A DNA stretch of 64,000 nucleotides from Ignisphaera sp. (GTDB lineage Archaea > Thermoproteota > Thermoprotei_A > Sulfolobales > Ignisphaeraceae). Both the position numbers and the translations under genes were made by a program. Positions 19,465 through 30,472 of the stretch are shown here, one piece after another. Positions within the stretch are counted from its first letter, which is position 1, and every line of letters starts with the position of its first letter. The stretch covers positions 1-64,000 of the forward strand of contig JAWBDT010000009.1 in NCBI GenBank assembly GCA_038821645.1, written 5' to 3'. The notes beneath the pieces are model-generated. The model worked only from the letters and a program-made list of their open reading frames with translations, made no database searches and was not told where the DNA came from.

Positions 19465-22400
19465 TTACCACTCTAACTCTATAGCTAGTTTCTTATTTAC
19501 GTAGAATGGCTCAATACGTATACTATCGATTGATGCTCTACTGCTTGTTACATGTACTGCTAAAGCTATAGTATTCAATCCGTTTTTAAGTAGGGGTTCA
19601 GGTATGTAGAATTCTCTCTGTGGACCTTCATCAACATATCTACCAATAATCTGTCCATTGAAGAATACCAAGATCTTGACATTACTAGCTTTAATGATGA
19701 GCTTTAGTGGAGCTACAGTATCTATTGGATAATCTATATGTATCTTGTTTCTGATCCATAGAACTCTACCTTCGGTATCCTTAAAGATCTTGGGGATCTC
19801 TATACAGCTCCACGAGCTATCATCTAGATCCTCTGTATACCACTTCTCCTCTAGCCCTTTGGTATATGGTTTAACTTTCCATAAACCATTGACCTTATGC
19901 TGATATATCTTTAGGATTGGGTGTAGAGCTATACGAGACCAATCTATATATACAGCAATTTCGTTAATACCTTCAGTAAGATACTCTGTTATATCTATAG
20001 GTCCTGTATATATCGAGACATATCTCTTGTTCACAAATATTAGGGCTCTTGGATAGTAGAAGTAGTTACTATAGTATGTAGCTTTACCTAGATCTAGAAT
20101 ATATCTACCCCTCTTTTTATCTATATCTAGATACTTTATATAGAGACCTTGTTTCTCAAGAGAATTAGCTGTATCACTAGAACTCTCTGCATCTATATTA
20201 TTCAGTATCTTTACCACTTCCTCAGGATTGTTAATGAATCTAGCCATACTGAAGTCTCTACCATATCTAGTCTGTATCTTTATGTATCTCCAGTCGTTTA
20301 GCTGAATCTCTTCAAGTTTACCTAGGTATATGCCTCCAACAATACCGTTGGGGATATAGACAAGACCATCATTTGGATGACCAGTAGATTCTAGAAGTAT
20401 GGTTAACCTATTTGCACCTTCTTTCAGTATATTTGATGCATCTATTTCTAGAGTATGGTATCTTGATCCAAGTGTTTTTCCGTTAAGTATAGCTGTAGCA
20501 TAATCGTTGAAGTAGCTTATATAGATATAAGAATTCTTGAGGGACTTAAAAACATCTCTATCTATATTGAAGTCTATTGTATATATGTAGTAGCCATTAG
20601 ATGTATATCCAGCAATCTCTAGAGGCTTCATTGCCTCTATCTCTCTCCCATCGACATCTATGGTATCCTCTCTATATCTCCACATATGTCCATACATAAT
20701 TTTGGGTTGAGCTATATCTCTACAGAAATCTTGACTAAGACTAGATCTATAGAGAACTCCATGTATATTCTCAAACTCTATAGATCTACTGTTCACGTAT
20801 ATAGATGAGAGAGGTCTAGAAGATACAAGTAGTATAGATCCACAGCTCTCTTCATCAACTTCTGCTTCTAGAATCAAGCCGTCTTCTCTAGATGTTGTTC
20901 GTCCAATGAAGTATATCTTCGATACCACAATAATTGGAGGATCTACATCATCTATATACCATGTTCTACTAGCTCTATCTCTAGATAGAGCCACAATATA
21001 TAACTTTCTACCTTCTGATTCTAGAATAGCTATAGAGTCTATGTAGCTATGTACATAACTTAATATAACTAATTTATCGTTCCTCTTATCCACATCCATA
21101 CCTTCTGTATACACAATAGATATAGGTTTACTAGACTCTATACCTATTTCTCCAACTTCAGATACATCACCATAAACTATGAAGATGGTATCTGCACCAA
21201 ATCTCTCTATGAGTAGTGGTTCTGATGATGTATAAAGAATCCTGAATGGAGTATCCTCTATCTCAGTATCTAGGAGAACTATTTTAGCATTTCTAGGAGA
21301 AATTACAACAATGTTTCTGTATGGATATACATGACCTCTGTAAATAATCTTCGTGAGTTTAGGGTATATATCTAGATTCCTTAAGATAGCTATAGCTCCA
21401 CTATCGCTAACTCTAGCAAATACCTCAACATCTTTATTGCTCACCTCTACAGCACCATCAACAGGGACTGTTTTTGTTAAAAGTTTGCTGAATGTCTTGA
21501 TGAACATAGCTATTCTCTTCAAGACATAGTATCTCTGTGATAGTTCTCCCCATTCTCTTACTGGTGCTTCATAGTCATACGAAGACGTTATGTATTTACC
21601 TGTATAGTACCCTGGATTTGTTCCTCCGTGAAACATGTATATATTTACTGAATTAATTCCTAATCCTATTGCTGTCTTCAATAGAGTTTCACTCCATTCA
21701 GCAGGAATAGATCCTCTACTAGTGGGATAGAGTGAGCCAAAGTATGTAAACCATCCACCCTCTAGCTCCATAAACATCTTCAAGAAACCTTTCTGCGTCT
21801 TTATATAGCTCTTGATCTTATTGTCGAATTCCTCTATATCCCATGGTACTGGGTAATCATCTATAGTGTTTGCGATAGGTGTATCCTCTAGAAACCAATC
21901 CTCATTTGTAACTATAGGTATATCCTCTACATATTTTCTAGCTATCTCGTAGAGCTTCAATATGTATGGAACATCACCCCAGAAATACTCGTTCTCGATT
22001 TGGAGAAGAATCGTAGGACCATTACGTGGAACTGTGTATCGAGCTATTATCGGTAGTACAACTCTATACCATTTCTCAACAGCTTCGATATAGTCTTTAT
22101 CAATAGATCTAAACATCTTTGTTTTTCTATAGAGCCAGTTAGGATGTCCACCACTATCCCATTCAGAACATATGTATGGCCCTGGTCTAGCTACAAAAAA
22201 CATACCCAAGCTCTTGATCATCTGGATATAGCTCTCTAAATCTCTACTAAACAAATTTGATTCATAAGGTGACTCAAAAACTCTATCATCAAAGACTATA
22301 TAGTCTTCCTCAACTTCATGCCAATTCCATGGAATATAGCTAGAAACACAATTAAAACCAGCTCTCCTAACCTTTAGTAAACGATCATGCCACAGATCCT

Positions 22401-22491
22401 TAGGCACTCTAAAGTAATGAACTTCACCACACATCAAAAAGACTCTAGAGCCACCAACAGATAGAAAACCATTATCGTACGAAACTTGTAT
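19465..22491 (-). CDS. Glycoside hydrolase family 35 (beta-galactosidase-like)
   Basis: GEVHYFR, YIPWNWHE, RPGPYICSEW, QIENEY, ELEGGWF, YMFHGGTN, SYDYEAP; the conserved N-terminal strand extends upstream of TTG 22437 to ATA 22491. Confidence 0.92.
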   Translation of the reverse strand: MQVSYDNGFLSVGGSRVFLMCGEVHYFRVPKDLWHDRLLKVRRAGFNCVSSYIPWNWHEVEEDYIVFDDRVFESPYESNLFSRDLESYIQMIKSLGMFFVARPGPYICSEWDSGGHPNWLYRKTKMFRSIDKDYIEAVEKWYRVVLPIIARYTVPRNGPTILLQIENEYFWGDVPYILKLYEIARKYVEDIPIVTNEDWFLEDTPIANTIDDYPVPWDIEEFDNKIKSYIKTQKGFLKMFMELEGGWFTYFGSLYPTSRGSIPAEWSETLLKTAIGLGINSVNIYMFHGGTNPGYYTGKYITSSYDYEAPVREWGELSQRYYVLKRIAMFIKTFSKLLTKTVPVDGAVEVSNKDVEVFARVSDSGAIAILRNLDIYPKLTKIIYRGHVYPYRNIVVISPRNAKIVLLDTEIEDTPFRILYTSSEPLLIERFGADTIFIVYGDVSEVGEIGIESSKPISIVYTEGMDVDKRNDKLVILSYVHSYIDSIAILESEGRKLYIVALSRDRASRTWYIDDVDPPIIVVSKIYFIGRTTSREDGLILEAEVDEESCGSILLVSSRPLSSIYVNSRSIEFENIHGVLYRSSLSQDFCRDIAQPKIMYGHMWRYREDTIDVDGREIEAMKPLEIAGYTSNGYYIYTIDFNIDRDVFKSLKNSYIYISYFNDYATAILNGKTLGSRYHTLEIDASNILKEGANRLTILLESTGHPNDGLVYIPNGIVGGIYLGKLEEIQLNDWRYIKIQTRYGRDFSMARFINNPEEVVKILNNIDAESSSDTANSLEKQGLYIKYLDIDKKRGRYILDLGKATYYSNYFYYPRALIFVNKRYVSIYTGPIDITEYLTEGINEIAVYIDWSRIALHPILKIYQHKVNGLWKVKPYTKGLEEKWYTEDLDDSSWSCIEIPKIFKDTEGRVLWIRNKIHIDYPIDTVAPLKLIIKASNVKILVFFNGQIIGRYVDEGPQREFYIPEPLLKNGLNTIALAVHVTSSRASIDSIRIEPFYVNKKLAIELEW

Positions 22492-22610
22492 AATCCATCA
22501 CCTAGCAATCTCCATTGCCTATTAAATCGATACCCTATATATCGAGCCCAAATGCTCATCCCAGATACATTTCGATCAATAGATAAACAGTACAAAAAAT
22601 AATATTGTAT

Positions 22611-22964
22611 CTAGATCTTATCTATACCTATAGCTTTAGCTAGATCGTATATAATCTGTGGCTTCCACCACTCAATATTCAACACTTTAACTATACCTAT
22701 AACCCATACCACCAAAAGACCTAGCGATATAAGTATTTGTATGATCATGCCCAAAATCGGTATAAGACCTACTATATTATTAATAATAGCAGCAACAACA
22801 ATTATTATAAAGAAGGATATCGATAGATATGACCAGTATTTAGCATATCTATAGTTAGGTTTAAGTACTAGCACTAGTATAGCTCCAACAATAGATAATA
22901 GCCATGCTAACAATCCCCACAATTTCTCGTCATCACTAACACTATAGCTACTTTCTTGAGACAT
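22611..22964 (-). CDS. Small membrane protein, DUF4870-like
   Basis: EKLWGLLAW, 3 TM, IPILG; SD GTGGTG. Confidence 0.75.
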   Translation of the reverse strand: MSQESSYSVSDDEKLWGLLAWLLSIVGAILVLVLKPNYRYAKYWSYLSISFFIIIVVAAIINNIVGLIPILGMIIQILISLGLLVVWVIGIVKVLNIEWWKPQIIYDLAKAIGIDKI

Positions 22965-23382
22965 AAGCTACACCACTACAGCTTTAGCCTTTAATGACAG
23001 AGTTTAAAATCTTTTAATAGATCATAAGATATGATCCATAGATAGAGTCTTAAAGTTATAGAAATTAATGTAGGGGATAAGTCATCGATAAGTCTCTTTC
23101 TAACATTGATAACACTCTCTACTTGGTTCTAGTGATCACAGTATATCTATTTCTTTAATTTCTCTAAATAGGTACTGATCTCTAGTGATACTACAGATAA
23201 TTCTGTATTAATTCGCTCCACTCTAGTCTTTTGTTTGGATATAGAGTTTGTTATACATCAAGCATATTGCTTACTGATGACTTTATGTGTTTGATATTGT
23301 GAGTAGCTTTGTCTTGCTCTAGCATCATAGATACTGCTAATATTTATTAATTAGGATAGCGAGAATATTCTACGGTGAAATT

Positions 23383-23625
23383 ATGGAGATTATTGTTAGG
23401 ATAGATGCCAAAGGCTGTATTACGATACCTAGCGATATTAGGAAAAAGTTAGGTATTGAGAATGTTGTTCGTCTTCGTGTTGAAGAAGATAAGATTATTG
23501 TTGAACGTATTAAGGATCCTATAGAGTTTCTAGAACTATCAGTTGTTAGTGGTACAAATGATATAGAGATGGAGATCAGTATGCTTAGAAAAGCTATCGA
23601 TGAAGAGATAGAAGGAGGTGTATAG
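23383..23625 (+). CDS. vapB: AbrB/MazE-type antitoxin
   Basis: RIDAKGCITIPSDIRKKLGI AbrB motif; directly upstream of a PIN gene. Confidence 0.85.
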   Translation: MEIIVRIDAKGCITIPSDIRKKLGIENVVRLRVEEDKIIVERIKDPIEFLELSVVSGTNDIEMEISMLRKAIDEEIEGGV

Positions 23626-23629
23626 AGAT

Positions 23630-24052
23630 ATGGTGGTTATAGAGACAGATCTCGTACTAGCTTTAGCATCTAAGACAGATAAACACCATCTAGAAGCAGT
23701 AAACATAGTTAGGAATGTGAAACACTTAACGTTATCTCCCTACACATTAGTTGAGTTAGAGATTTTGATAAAATCTGGCAAGATAAAGGTTATTCTACCA
23801 GATTTCTATAAAGCTCTAGACCAAGTTATACAGTTCTATAGCATAGGGATCATCCAGGTGAAGCCTATTCATATGGTTATAGCTCAGAAACTTAGAGAAA
23901 CATATGGTCTCACACATTTCGATAGCCTCCATGCATCAGTAGCTATAGCTGAAAACGATGTTCTATTGAGCTACAATAATGTGTATAGCAAGATAGTAGA
24001 GCTAAAGTATCTTCATCCAACCAAATTATTGAAATCAAATAGCTATCACTAA
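23630..24052 (+). CDS. vapC: PIN-domain toxin
   Basis: VIETD, DKHH, ELE, LTHFDSLHAS; follows the antitoxin; SD GGAGGTG. Confidence 0.85.
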   Translation: MVVIETDLVLALASKTDKHHLEAVNIVRNVKHLTLSPYTLVELEILIKSGKIKVILPDFYKALDQVIQFYSIGIIQVKPIHMVIAQKLRETYGLTHFDSLHASVAIAENDVLLSYNNVYSKIVELKYLHPTKLLKSNSYH

Positions 24053-24692
24053 GCATTTTTCATAAACTACAGATAGCTAGAAACTTCTGTATTAAGTTGA
24101 TGTTATATGCTTATATCTACACTCTACTTCTTCTACTTGTTGTCTATTTTCTATCTATAGAAGTATAGAACTACTAGATAGATTTCTGAACCAAATCTAT
24201 ATAATTCAATTCATTTATTCTTCACTAAAGTATCAAGAACATAAGTGATGTAGCATCACAAACTTCACATCTATTGATTATGAAGATATAGCATCAATAC
24301 TTGAAACATATTAAACAACATTATCTGTTCATCTTTCACAAACAATCTCTACACAAAGACTACACTTTATATCTCTAGATCTTTTAATGATACATGAATC
24401 TATAGTAACACAAATACATGCAATTATGAATATAATGTAATTCAAACCTATATACATGAGATACTTATCTCAATTGTATCTTATCTTAACTACAGAATTA
24501 CTAAACCTTAGTTTCTGAGCTAAGTTCTTTGAGAGAGTTCTTTCCTTAACAAATATATTGCTAGAGAATAACTCAGACATTTAGAGACTATAGTGAAGTG
24601 TTTCCTATATATAGTGGCTTAGTTAGTAGATCTATTGAAACTTTATTTTAATTCAGATCTTGTTGCTATATTTTGTAGAGGGGTATTAGTAA

Positions 24693-25211
24693 ATGGTTCA
24701 ACTTGTTGAAGAGAGGACTCTATGTAGAGGTAAACGTATTGAGCTTATCCAAAGAGTATATATGTATAGTACTGAGGTTTTTGTTAAAGATGTTGTTAGA
24801 TTTGGTCAGAGTGTGGCTATTGTACCGTTTAAAGATATGAGAAAAATTGTTATGGTTAAACAGTTTCGAGCCCCTATCAATAAATGGATCTTAGAGATTC
24901 CTGCAGGTAGAATAGAGTTTGGTGAATCGCCTGAAGAAGCTGTTGTAAGAGAGCTTAGAGAAGAAGTTGGCTATGTACCTAAATATGTTCAGAAGCTTGT
25001 CTCGGTATATATGTCACCTGGATATAGTGATGAAGTTATACATATATATGTAGCTAAAAATCTTGAGTATGTAGGTGCATCTCCTGAAAAAGGAGAGCTC
25101 ATAGAGATTGTTGAAGTTGATATTGATAAAGCTCTCGAAATGATTCTAGCAGATAATGTTGTTGATGCTAAAACACTTATAGCACTTCTATCTGTTAAAC
25201 AATTTAGCTAA
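24693..25211 (+). CDS. Nudix hydrolase, ADP-ribose pyrophosphatase-like
   Basis: QFR, EIPAG, GESPEEAVVRELREEVG Nudix box, SPG, DAKT. Confidence 0.92.
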   Translation: MVQLVEERTLCRGKRIELIQRVYMYSTEVFVKDVVRFGQSVAIVPFKDMRKIVMVKQFRAPINKWILEIPAGRIEFGESPEEAVVRELREEVGYVPKYVQKLVSVYMSPGYSDEVIHIYVAKNLEYVGASPEKGELIEIVEVDIDKALEMILADNVVDAKTLIALLSVKQFS

Positions 25212-25492
25212 AGTGATGATACAGAAAATTAGTTATTGTACAATAAATAGAGATGATAGAGATAGAATAAAACTCTGGATAGCTTTGTGAAGTACTGAAT
25301 GAAAGCTCTAGACCTGGTATAGAAGATGAGCTAGAGAGTGTGAAGATCTGGAGAGACTAATTCTATAGATTTCGTCAAGAATATGATGAAGTATTTCTGA
25401 TTAGTAAGCCATGGATTCATTAACAAGTTTTAGATCACTAGAATCCTTTAAGATATTTTTACTCTCATTAATCAGCTATTCGGGGTGATAGC

Positions 25493-26473
25493 TTGTTAAT
25501 AGGGATATACGGATTTGGATCTATAGGAAGACTGGTGGCTAGAGAAGCTATTGAGCGTGGTTATGAGATTGCAGGAGTTGTTGATATAGATAGAGCTCTA
25601 ATAGGTAGAGATATTGGAGAGATACTGGGAATAGGATCCATAGGGCTAGAGATTTCTGATGATATAAGCGTTCTTAGTGATGCAGATGTTGTAGTACATG
25701 CAACAGGATCTTATTTAGATAAGGTCTATAACCAAATAGTCTCTGTACTGGATATGGGGATAGATGTTGTATCTACATGTGAAACTCTTGCATATCCTTA
25801 CTATAGGTATCCTGTTCTAGCTGTTAAGCTTAACGAAATCGCTTTAGATCAAGGTGTATCAGTTTTAGGTACAGGTGTTAATCCAGGATTCCTCTTAGAT
25901 ACTCTTGCAACAGTTTTAGCTTCATCAGTAACACAGGTAAAGTCTATAAGAGTTGTTAGAAGTGTTGATGCTTCTAAGAGGAGAGAATCATTCAAGAAGA
26001 AGATCGGGATAGGAATGGACTTTAGGGTTGTTGAAGATATGATGAAACGAGGAGAGTTATCGGGACATGTCGGTTATGCAGAATCTGTCTACCTTATAGC
26101 TCATGCAGGTGATCTTCAGCTAACAAAAGTTCTAGAAGAACAAAAACCATTAGTAGCTGAGGAAACAATAGAGTGGATGGGCTTAAGAATAGAGAAAGGT
26201 TTCTGTAGAGGAATCAGGGGTACCGGTATAGGTTATGTATATGATAAAGAGATTATAAGGATAGAGTTCTATGCTTATGTAGGAGCACCAGAATATGAAG
26301 AAATAACTATTGTAGGGAAGAACTATTCTGTAACATGGAGAAGTAGTGGAACACCAGGTGATCGAGGTACTGTTGCAGTTGTTCTAAACATAGCTGAAAA
26401 GATAAAGAAACTACCACCAGGTCTCCATTTAATGACAGACCTCATACCATTTAAAATAAGATTCATATCGTAA
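25493..26473 (+). CDS. NAD(P)-dependent dehydrogenase, DapB-N/2,4-diaminopentanoate dehydrogenase-like
   Basis: GFGSIG Rossmann, STCE, GTGVNPGF, KIGIG, GHVG, PGD. Confidence 0.8.
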   Translation: MLIGIYGFGSIGRLVAREAIERGYEIAGVVDIDRALIGRDIGEILGIGSIGLEISDDISVLSDADVVVHATGSYLDKVYNQIVSVLDMGIDVVSTCETLAYPYYRYPVLAVKLNEIALDQGVSVLGTGVNPGFLLDTLATVLASSVTQVKSIRVVRSVDASKRRESFKKKIGIGMDFRVVEDMMKRGELSGHVGYAESVYLIAHAGDLQLTKVLEEQKPLVAEETIEWMGLRIEKGFCRGIRGTGIGYVYDKEIIRIEFYAYVGAPEYEEITIVGKNYSVTWRSSGTPGDRGTVAVVLNIAEKIKKLPPGLHLMTDLIPFKIRFIS

Positions 26474-26857
26474 ATACATTAAGTCTACTTTCTATACCAT
26501 AACTTTTTCTGCAACAAAACTCTATGGAATAGTATAGATAATCTTGTCTTAGTGATCTCTTAAGCTATTAGCCTACATTATATAGACAGCGATTTATTGA
26601 ATGATATCTATATTCATGAACAATTTTTAAAGCGATGTTGTGATATCAAGCTAGAAATATTAGAGTAATAGAGGCGAGATCTAGTGTTCGTTATCACTAT
26701 CACACTATAATGATTTAATACATCTATAGATATAACAAATCTTAGAACTATAAAAGATATGAGCTATAGAAACTATCTCAATACCATCATGATGAACAAT
26801 ACACTAAACTTGAGATGATACATATATAGCTGATCTCGATTGACTTGACAATTTTGT

Positions 26858-27613
26858 TTAGGAGATGATGCAAAGTTGCTTAAATCTTGATGCGTTTTGA
26901 GCCATATAGATGTTGTTGAACATTATGTAAATCTCTTCTAAATTTCTAGAGCTAAGATCTTTGACAATTATACATAATCTTTCTAGATCTTCATCTGTGT
27001 AATTGTATCTATAGTTTACATCGTGTTCACCTAGACCATGAAGCCTGAAGTAAGCTATAGACTTTACTACAGTTGGAAGTCTTTTGAGAGGATCTACAAT
27101 CTCTACCACATTCTTAAACCTAGATACAATATCGGCTACTTTATCCAGGTTCTGGAGCCATGAACCTCTAGGCTCCCAACCAATAACGAATCTATCTGTA
27201 TCAACTGTAGAAAAGAACTCTAGAGCATTTCTATAGTTTTCTTCGCTATAACCAAAGCTTGGAGGTGTTTGAATAACCACAACTTTTGCATTTAGAATCT
27301 CAGCAGCTTCAACAACTTTTTCCCATGCCTCGAAAACCTCTTTTGTTGGTCTTAGAAAACCGTATCTATTGCTAAGAGATTTATCTGGAACATTTTTTGC
27401 TTTTCTCCATGTAGGCAAGTCTAGTGGATGGGTGACTGCTTGCCAAGCTTTTAGAGAAAAAGCAAATGATTCAGGAGCTTCATATCTATATCTCTTAAGT
27501 TTATCTATATCAGGTATATCGTAGAATGTTTCTTGTAGCTCAACAACATTGAATACCGTGTAATACTTTGATCTAGCTAAACAGTATCCACAACAACCTA
27601 CATAAGTCTTCAT
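26858..27613 (-). CDS. DUF72 family protein
   Basis: VELQETFY, KAWQAVTH, QTPPSF, WEPRG, YFRLHG, MFNN. Confidence 0.9.
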   Translation of the reverse strand: MKTYVGCCGYCLARSKYYTVFNVVELQETFYDIPDIDKLKRYRYEAPESFAFSLKAWQAVTHPLDLPTWRKAKNVPDKSLSNRYGFLRPTKEVFEAWEKVVEAAEILNAKVVVIQTPPSFGYSEENYRNALEFFSTVDTDRFVIGWEPRGSWLQNLDKVADIVSRFKNVVEIVDPLKRLPTVVKSIAYFRLHGLGEHDVNYRYNYTDEDLERLCIIVKDLSSRNLEEIYIMFNNIYMAQNASRFKQLCIIS

Positions 27614-27780
27614 AGAGCTCCCTAGATAGAATTTATATTGAATCGCTATTAAGTGTAGAGCTTTATCGAGCTCTTTATAAAGTCAAGTAATACGTATATC
27701 AACTGGATAATCTCTGATCATAGATCTACATGGTGTTTAAAACTTATATAGTAGTGTATATTAGCCTCTCTGGGTCTAAG

Positions 27781-29451
27781 GTGAACAGGAAAAGAATATA
27801 CATAACAATAGCTGTAGCAATTGTGGTCATAGCTATTATTGCTATTCTATATAGTTACTTCTCTTCACTAAATAGATCAGTATATCCAGGCTATGAAGTT
27901 CCTAGCCCATTAGAGAGGAATATTATTTATGCTTATAGAGATGCTATAACGGGTATAGATCCAGGTATAGAGGATGATACAGGTATAATAGTGCTTCATC
28001 TAGTGTATGAAACACTTCTAAGGTATGATCCTATTAGAAATGAGTATCAGTATGTATTGGCTAAAGAAATAGATAGGGTTAATGAAAATACCTGGAGAAT
28101 TGTTTTAAGAGATGCACAATTTCATGACGGATCACCTGTTACAGCATATGATGTTAATTTCAGTATATGGAGATCAAAGCTTATGTATGAAGAAAAAGGT
28201 CTAGGGCTTGGCTATATATGGGATTGTCTAGATAAGATAGATGTTGTAGATAATAAGACTCTCTACATAAATACACGATATCCATGCGATATAAGAGTAT
28301 CTCTTGCAGCTGCTTATTCAGCATTTATATACAGTAGAAGAGTTCTAGAACTTAGTGAAGCAGATGATATGTTATCTGAAAAACTTATAGAGTGGTTTAA
28401 TGCTGGAAACTCTCTTGGTTCAGGACCATACAGACTTGAGAAATACGAACCAGAGAATATGGTGATTCTACGTAAGTTTGAGAATTGGTGGGGATGGAGA
28501 GAAATAAATAATCCAGATGCACCTGATATCGTTATCATAAAGATTGTTGAAGATCCAGGAAGCCAAGAAAGAACGCTTAGAACAGGTCACATAGATATTG
28601 CTTCATCTGTACCTAGAGAATCGCTAAACAGTTTAGAGAAAGATGGCTACAAAATCCATGTTGTTGATACTTTCCATAACTTCATAATGATGTTTAACAC
28701 AAAGAGATGGCCAACAAATATAACTGAGTTTAGGAAAGCTATAGTCTATGCTATACCATGGGACAGAATTGTTGAACAAGCGCTCATGGGCTACGGTAGA
28801 AAGGGAAGTGGATTAATACCATATGGTTTTCCGGGATATAGCAAGAGATGGGAGTTGAATCGAGATCTAGAGAAAGCTAGAGAACTTCTCGAAAGAGTAG
28901 GGCTTCTAGATAAAAAGATAGATTTAGAGATAGTCATAACACAAGGATATGAAGAAGAAGAAGTTTTTGCTAAAATGCTTAAGGAAGCTCTATCAACATT
29001 AGGCATAAACCTCCTTATAAAGCCTCTACCTTGGCAACAAGTCAAACAGCAGGGAGAAGCTGTCTGGAGTGATCCTGAATCAGCACCACATATGATTATA
29101 AATGACTGGTGGCCAACATATATGGTGCCCTATGATTACTTCAGTCTTCTCGAGTGTCTTGAGCCTGAAGAAGGTGTGTATAATTACTGGAATTGGGCTG
29201 GATACTGTAATAAAGAATTCGATGAACTGCTTTATGAAGCTTACTATACCTCGCTTCAAGATATAGATAAATCGTTATCTCTCTATGAAAAAGTTCTAGA
29301 AATTGTTTTCGAAGATATGCCTGCTGTTAATCTTTGGGATATGCAACACATGTATGTATACGATCCTAGACATGTGGTGATAAGATATGAAGCAATAAAC
29401 CCGCTATACACATACACTATATTCTTCCAGTATGTTGAGGTGAAGATATAG
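27781..29451 (+). CDS. dppA: Peptide/oligosaccharide ABC transporter substrate-binding protein (family 5)
   Basis: VYETLL, FHDGSPVTAYDV, GSGPY, FRKAI, GYCNKEFD; N-terminal TM anchor. Confidence 0.9.
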   Translation: MNRKRIYITIAVAIVVIAIIAILYSYFSSLNRSVYPGYEVPSPLERNIIYAYRDAITGIDPGIEDDTGIIVLHLVYETLLRYDPIRNEYQYVLAKEIDRVNENTWRIVLRDAQFHDGSPVTAYDVNFSIWRSKLMYEEKGLGLGYIWDCLDKIDVVDNKTLYINTRYPCDIRVSLAAAYSAFIYSRRVLELSEADDMLSEKLIEWFNAGNSLGSGPYRLEKYEPENMVILRKFENWWGWREINNPDAPDIVIIKIVEDPGSQERTLRTGHIDIASSVPRESLNSLEKDGYKIHVVDTFHNFIMMFNTKRWPTNITEFRKAIVYAIPWDRIVEQALMGYGRKGSGLIPYGFPGYSKRWELNRDLEKARELLERVGLLDKKIDLEIVITQGYEEEEVFAKMLKEALSTLGINLLIKPLPWQQVKQQGEAVWSDPESAPHMIINDWWPTYMVPYDYFSLLECLEPEEGVYNYWNWAGYCNKEFDELLYEAYYTSLQDIDKSLSLYEKVLEIVFEDMPAVNLWDMQHMYVYDPRHVVIRYEAINPLYTYTIFFQYVEVKI

Positions 29452-29455
29452 CAAA

Positions 29456-30472
29456 ATGTTGTCACTAAACTATCTTCTGAAAAGATTTTTTGCATCATTA
29501 TTCCTAATACTTGGCACCATAGTTATAACGTTTCTCCTCATCAATTTTGCTCCAGGTGATCCTGCTCTTGTATGGGCTGGAAAACCTCGTGGACCTCAGG
29601 CCTCTATAGCTATTGAGAAAGCAAGAGAGTATCTAGGTCTTGATCTACCTCTCTATACTCGTATAGCTATACATGTATATAGATTCTTTACAGGAGATTG
29701 GGGGACATCTGTTCAATTCAAGTTACCTGTACTCAATCTTGTTACTAGAAGTTTTATGGCTTCTCTAGAACTTGTGGTATATTCCTTTATTATAGCTATA
29801 CCGATAGCGCTATGGCTAGGGACTGCTGTAGCTCTTCGTAGAGGAAGTTATATCGATAAACTGGTATACTATATATCTGTTGTTTTTGCTGGTAGCCCAA
29901 GATTTATGGTGGCAGGGATTCTCTATCTCATTCTATATCTATCTGGATATAGTTTCTTAGGTCTAAGAACTTCACCAAGTTATGCAACATTTAAAGAATT
30001 AACGGGATTCATAACAATAGATTCTATAATTAGTGGAAGAATAGATATATTTGTGGATAGCTTATTGAGGCTTTTACCACCAGCTTTAGCACTATCTACA
30101 TACCCTATAGGTGTTCTTACTAGAGTGATTAGAGTATCTCTATCTGAAACATTTGAAGAAGAATATGTTAAACAGGCCATATCTCTAGGAATAGACAGAA
30201 AAAGTATTGTAAGAAGATACGCATACCCAAACATCATCTCTGTTGTAGCTCAACTACTTGGACTTATGTTTTCTTACCTACTTCTTGAGGCAATGGTTGT
30301 TGAAAATGTTTTTGTTAGAGAAGGTTTAGGAAACTTAATATCGAGAGCTATTGTTGCTTCAGATTTTCCACTACTTATAGGAGCTACAGTATTTACAGCC
30401 ATAGTGCTCATAATTACAAACACTTTAGCTGATGTTATTCAAGCTATTACGAATCCTAGGGTGCAGATATGA
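29456..30472 (+). CDS. dppB: Peptide ABC transporter permease
   Basis: APGDPA, GDWGTS, EEYV...G EAA loop, VENVF, NPRV. Confidence 0.9.
   Translation: MLSLNYLLKRFFASLFLILGTIVITFLLINFAPGDPALVWAGKPRGPQASIAIEKAREYLGLDLPLYTRIAIHVYRFFTGDWGTSVQFKLPVLNLVTRSFMASLELVVYSFIIAIPIALWLGTAVALRRGSYIDKLVYYISVVFAGSPRFMVAGILYLILYLSGYSFLGLRTSPSYATFKELTGFITIDSIISGRIDIFVDSLLRLLPPALALSTYPIGVLTRVIRVSLSETFEEEYVKQAISLGIDRKSIVRRYAYPNIISVVAQLLGLMFSYLLLEAMVVENVFVREGLGNLISRAIVASDFPLLIGATVFTAIVLIITNTLADVIQAITNPRVQI

Noticed and set aside
23383-24052. vapBC as part of an intact mobile element
   Set aside because: No transposase, integrase, terminal repeats or att-like duplication seen
25213-25400. C-box-like words GTGATGA/ATGATGA near CTGA
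   Set aside because: Box spacing (7 nt, or far too long) does not fit archaeal C/D guides
26789-26833. Possible C/D box sRNA (ATGATGA...TTGA...ATGATA...CTGA)
   Set aside because: Guides are very AT-rich and uneven (14 and 8 nt), internal boxes are poor, and I recognise no rRNA target
27655-27682. AGAGCT-N6-AGCTCT and CTTTATAAAG upstream of the dpp operon
   Set aside because: AGCT words are so frequent here that a 6-bp inverted repeat is expected by chance; the second is simply a bidirectional TATA-like box
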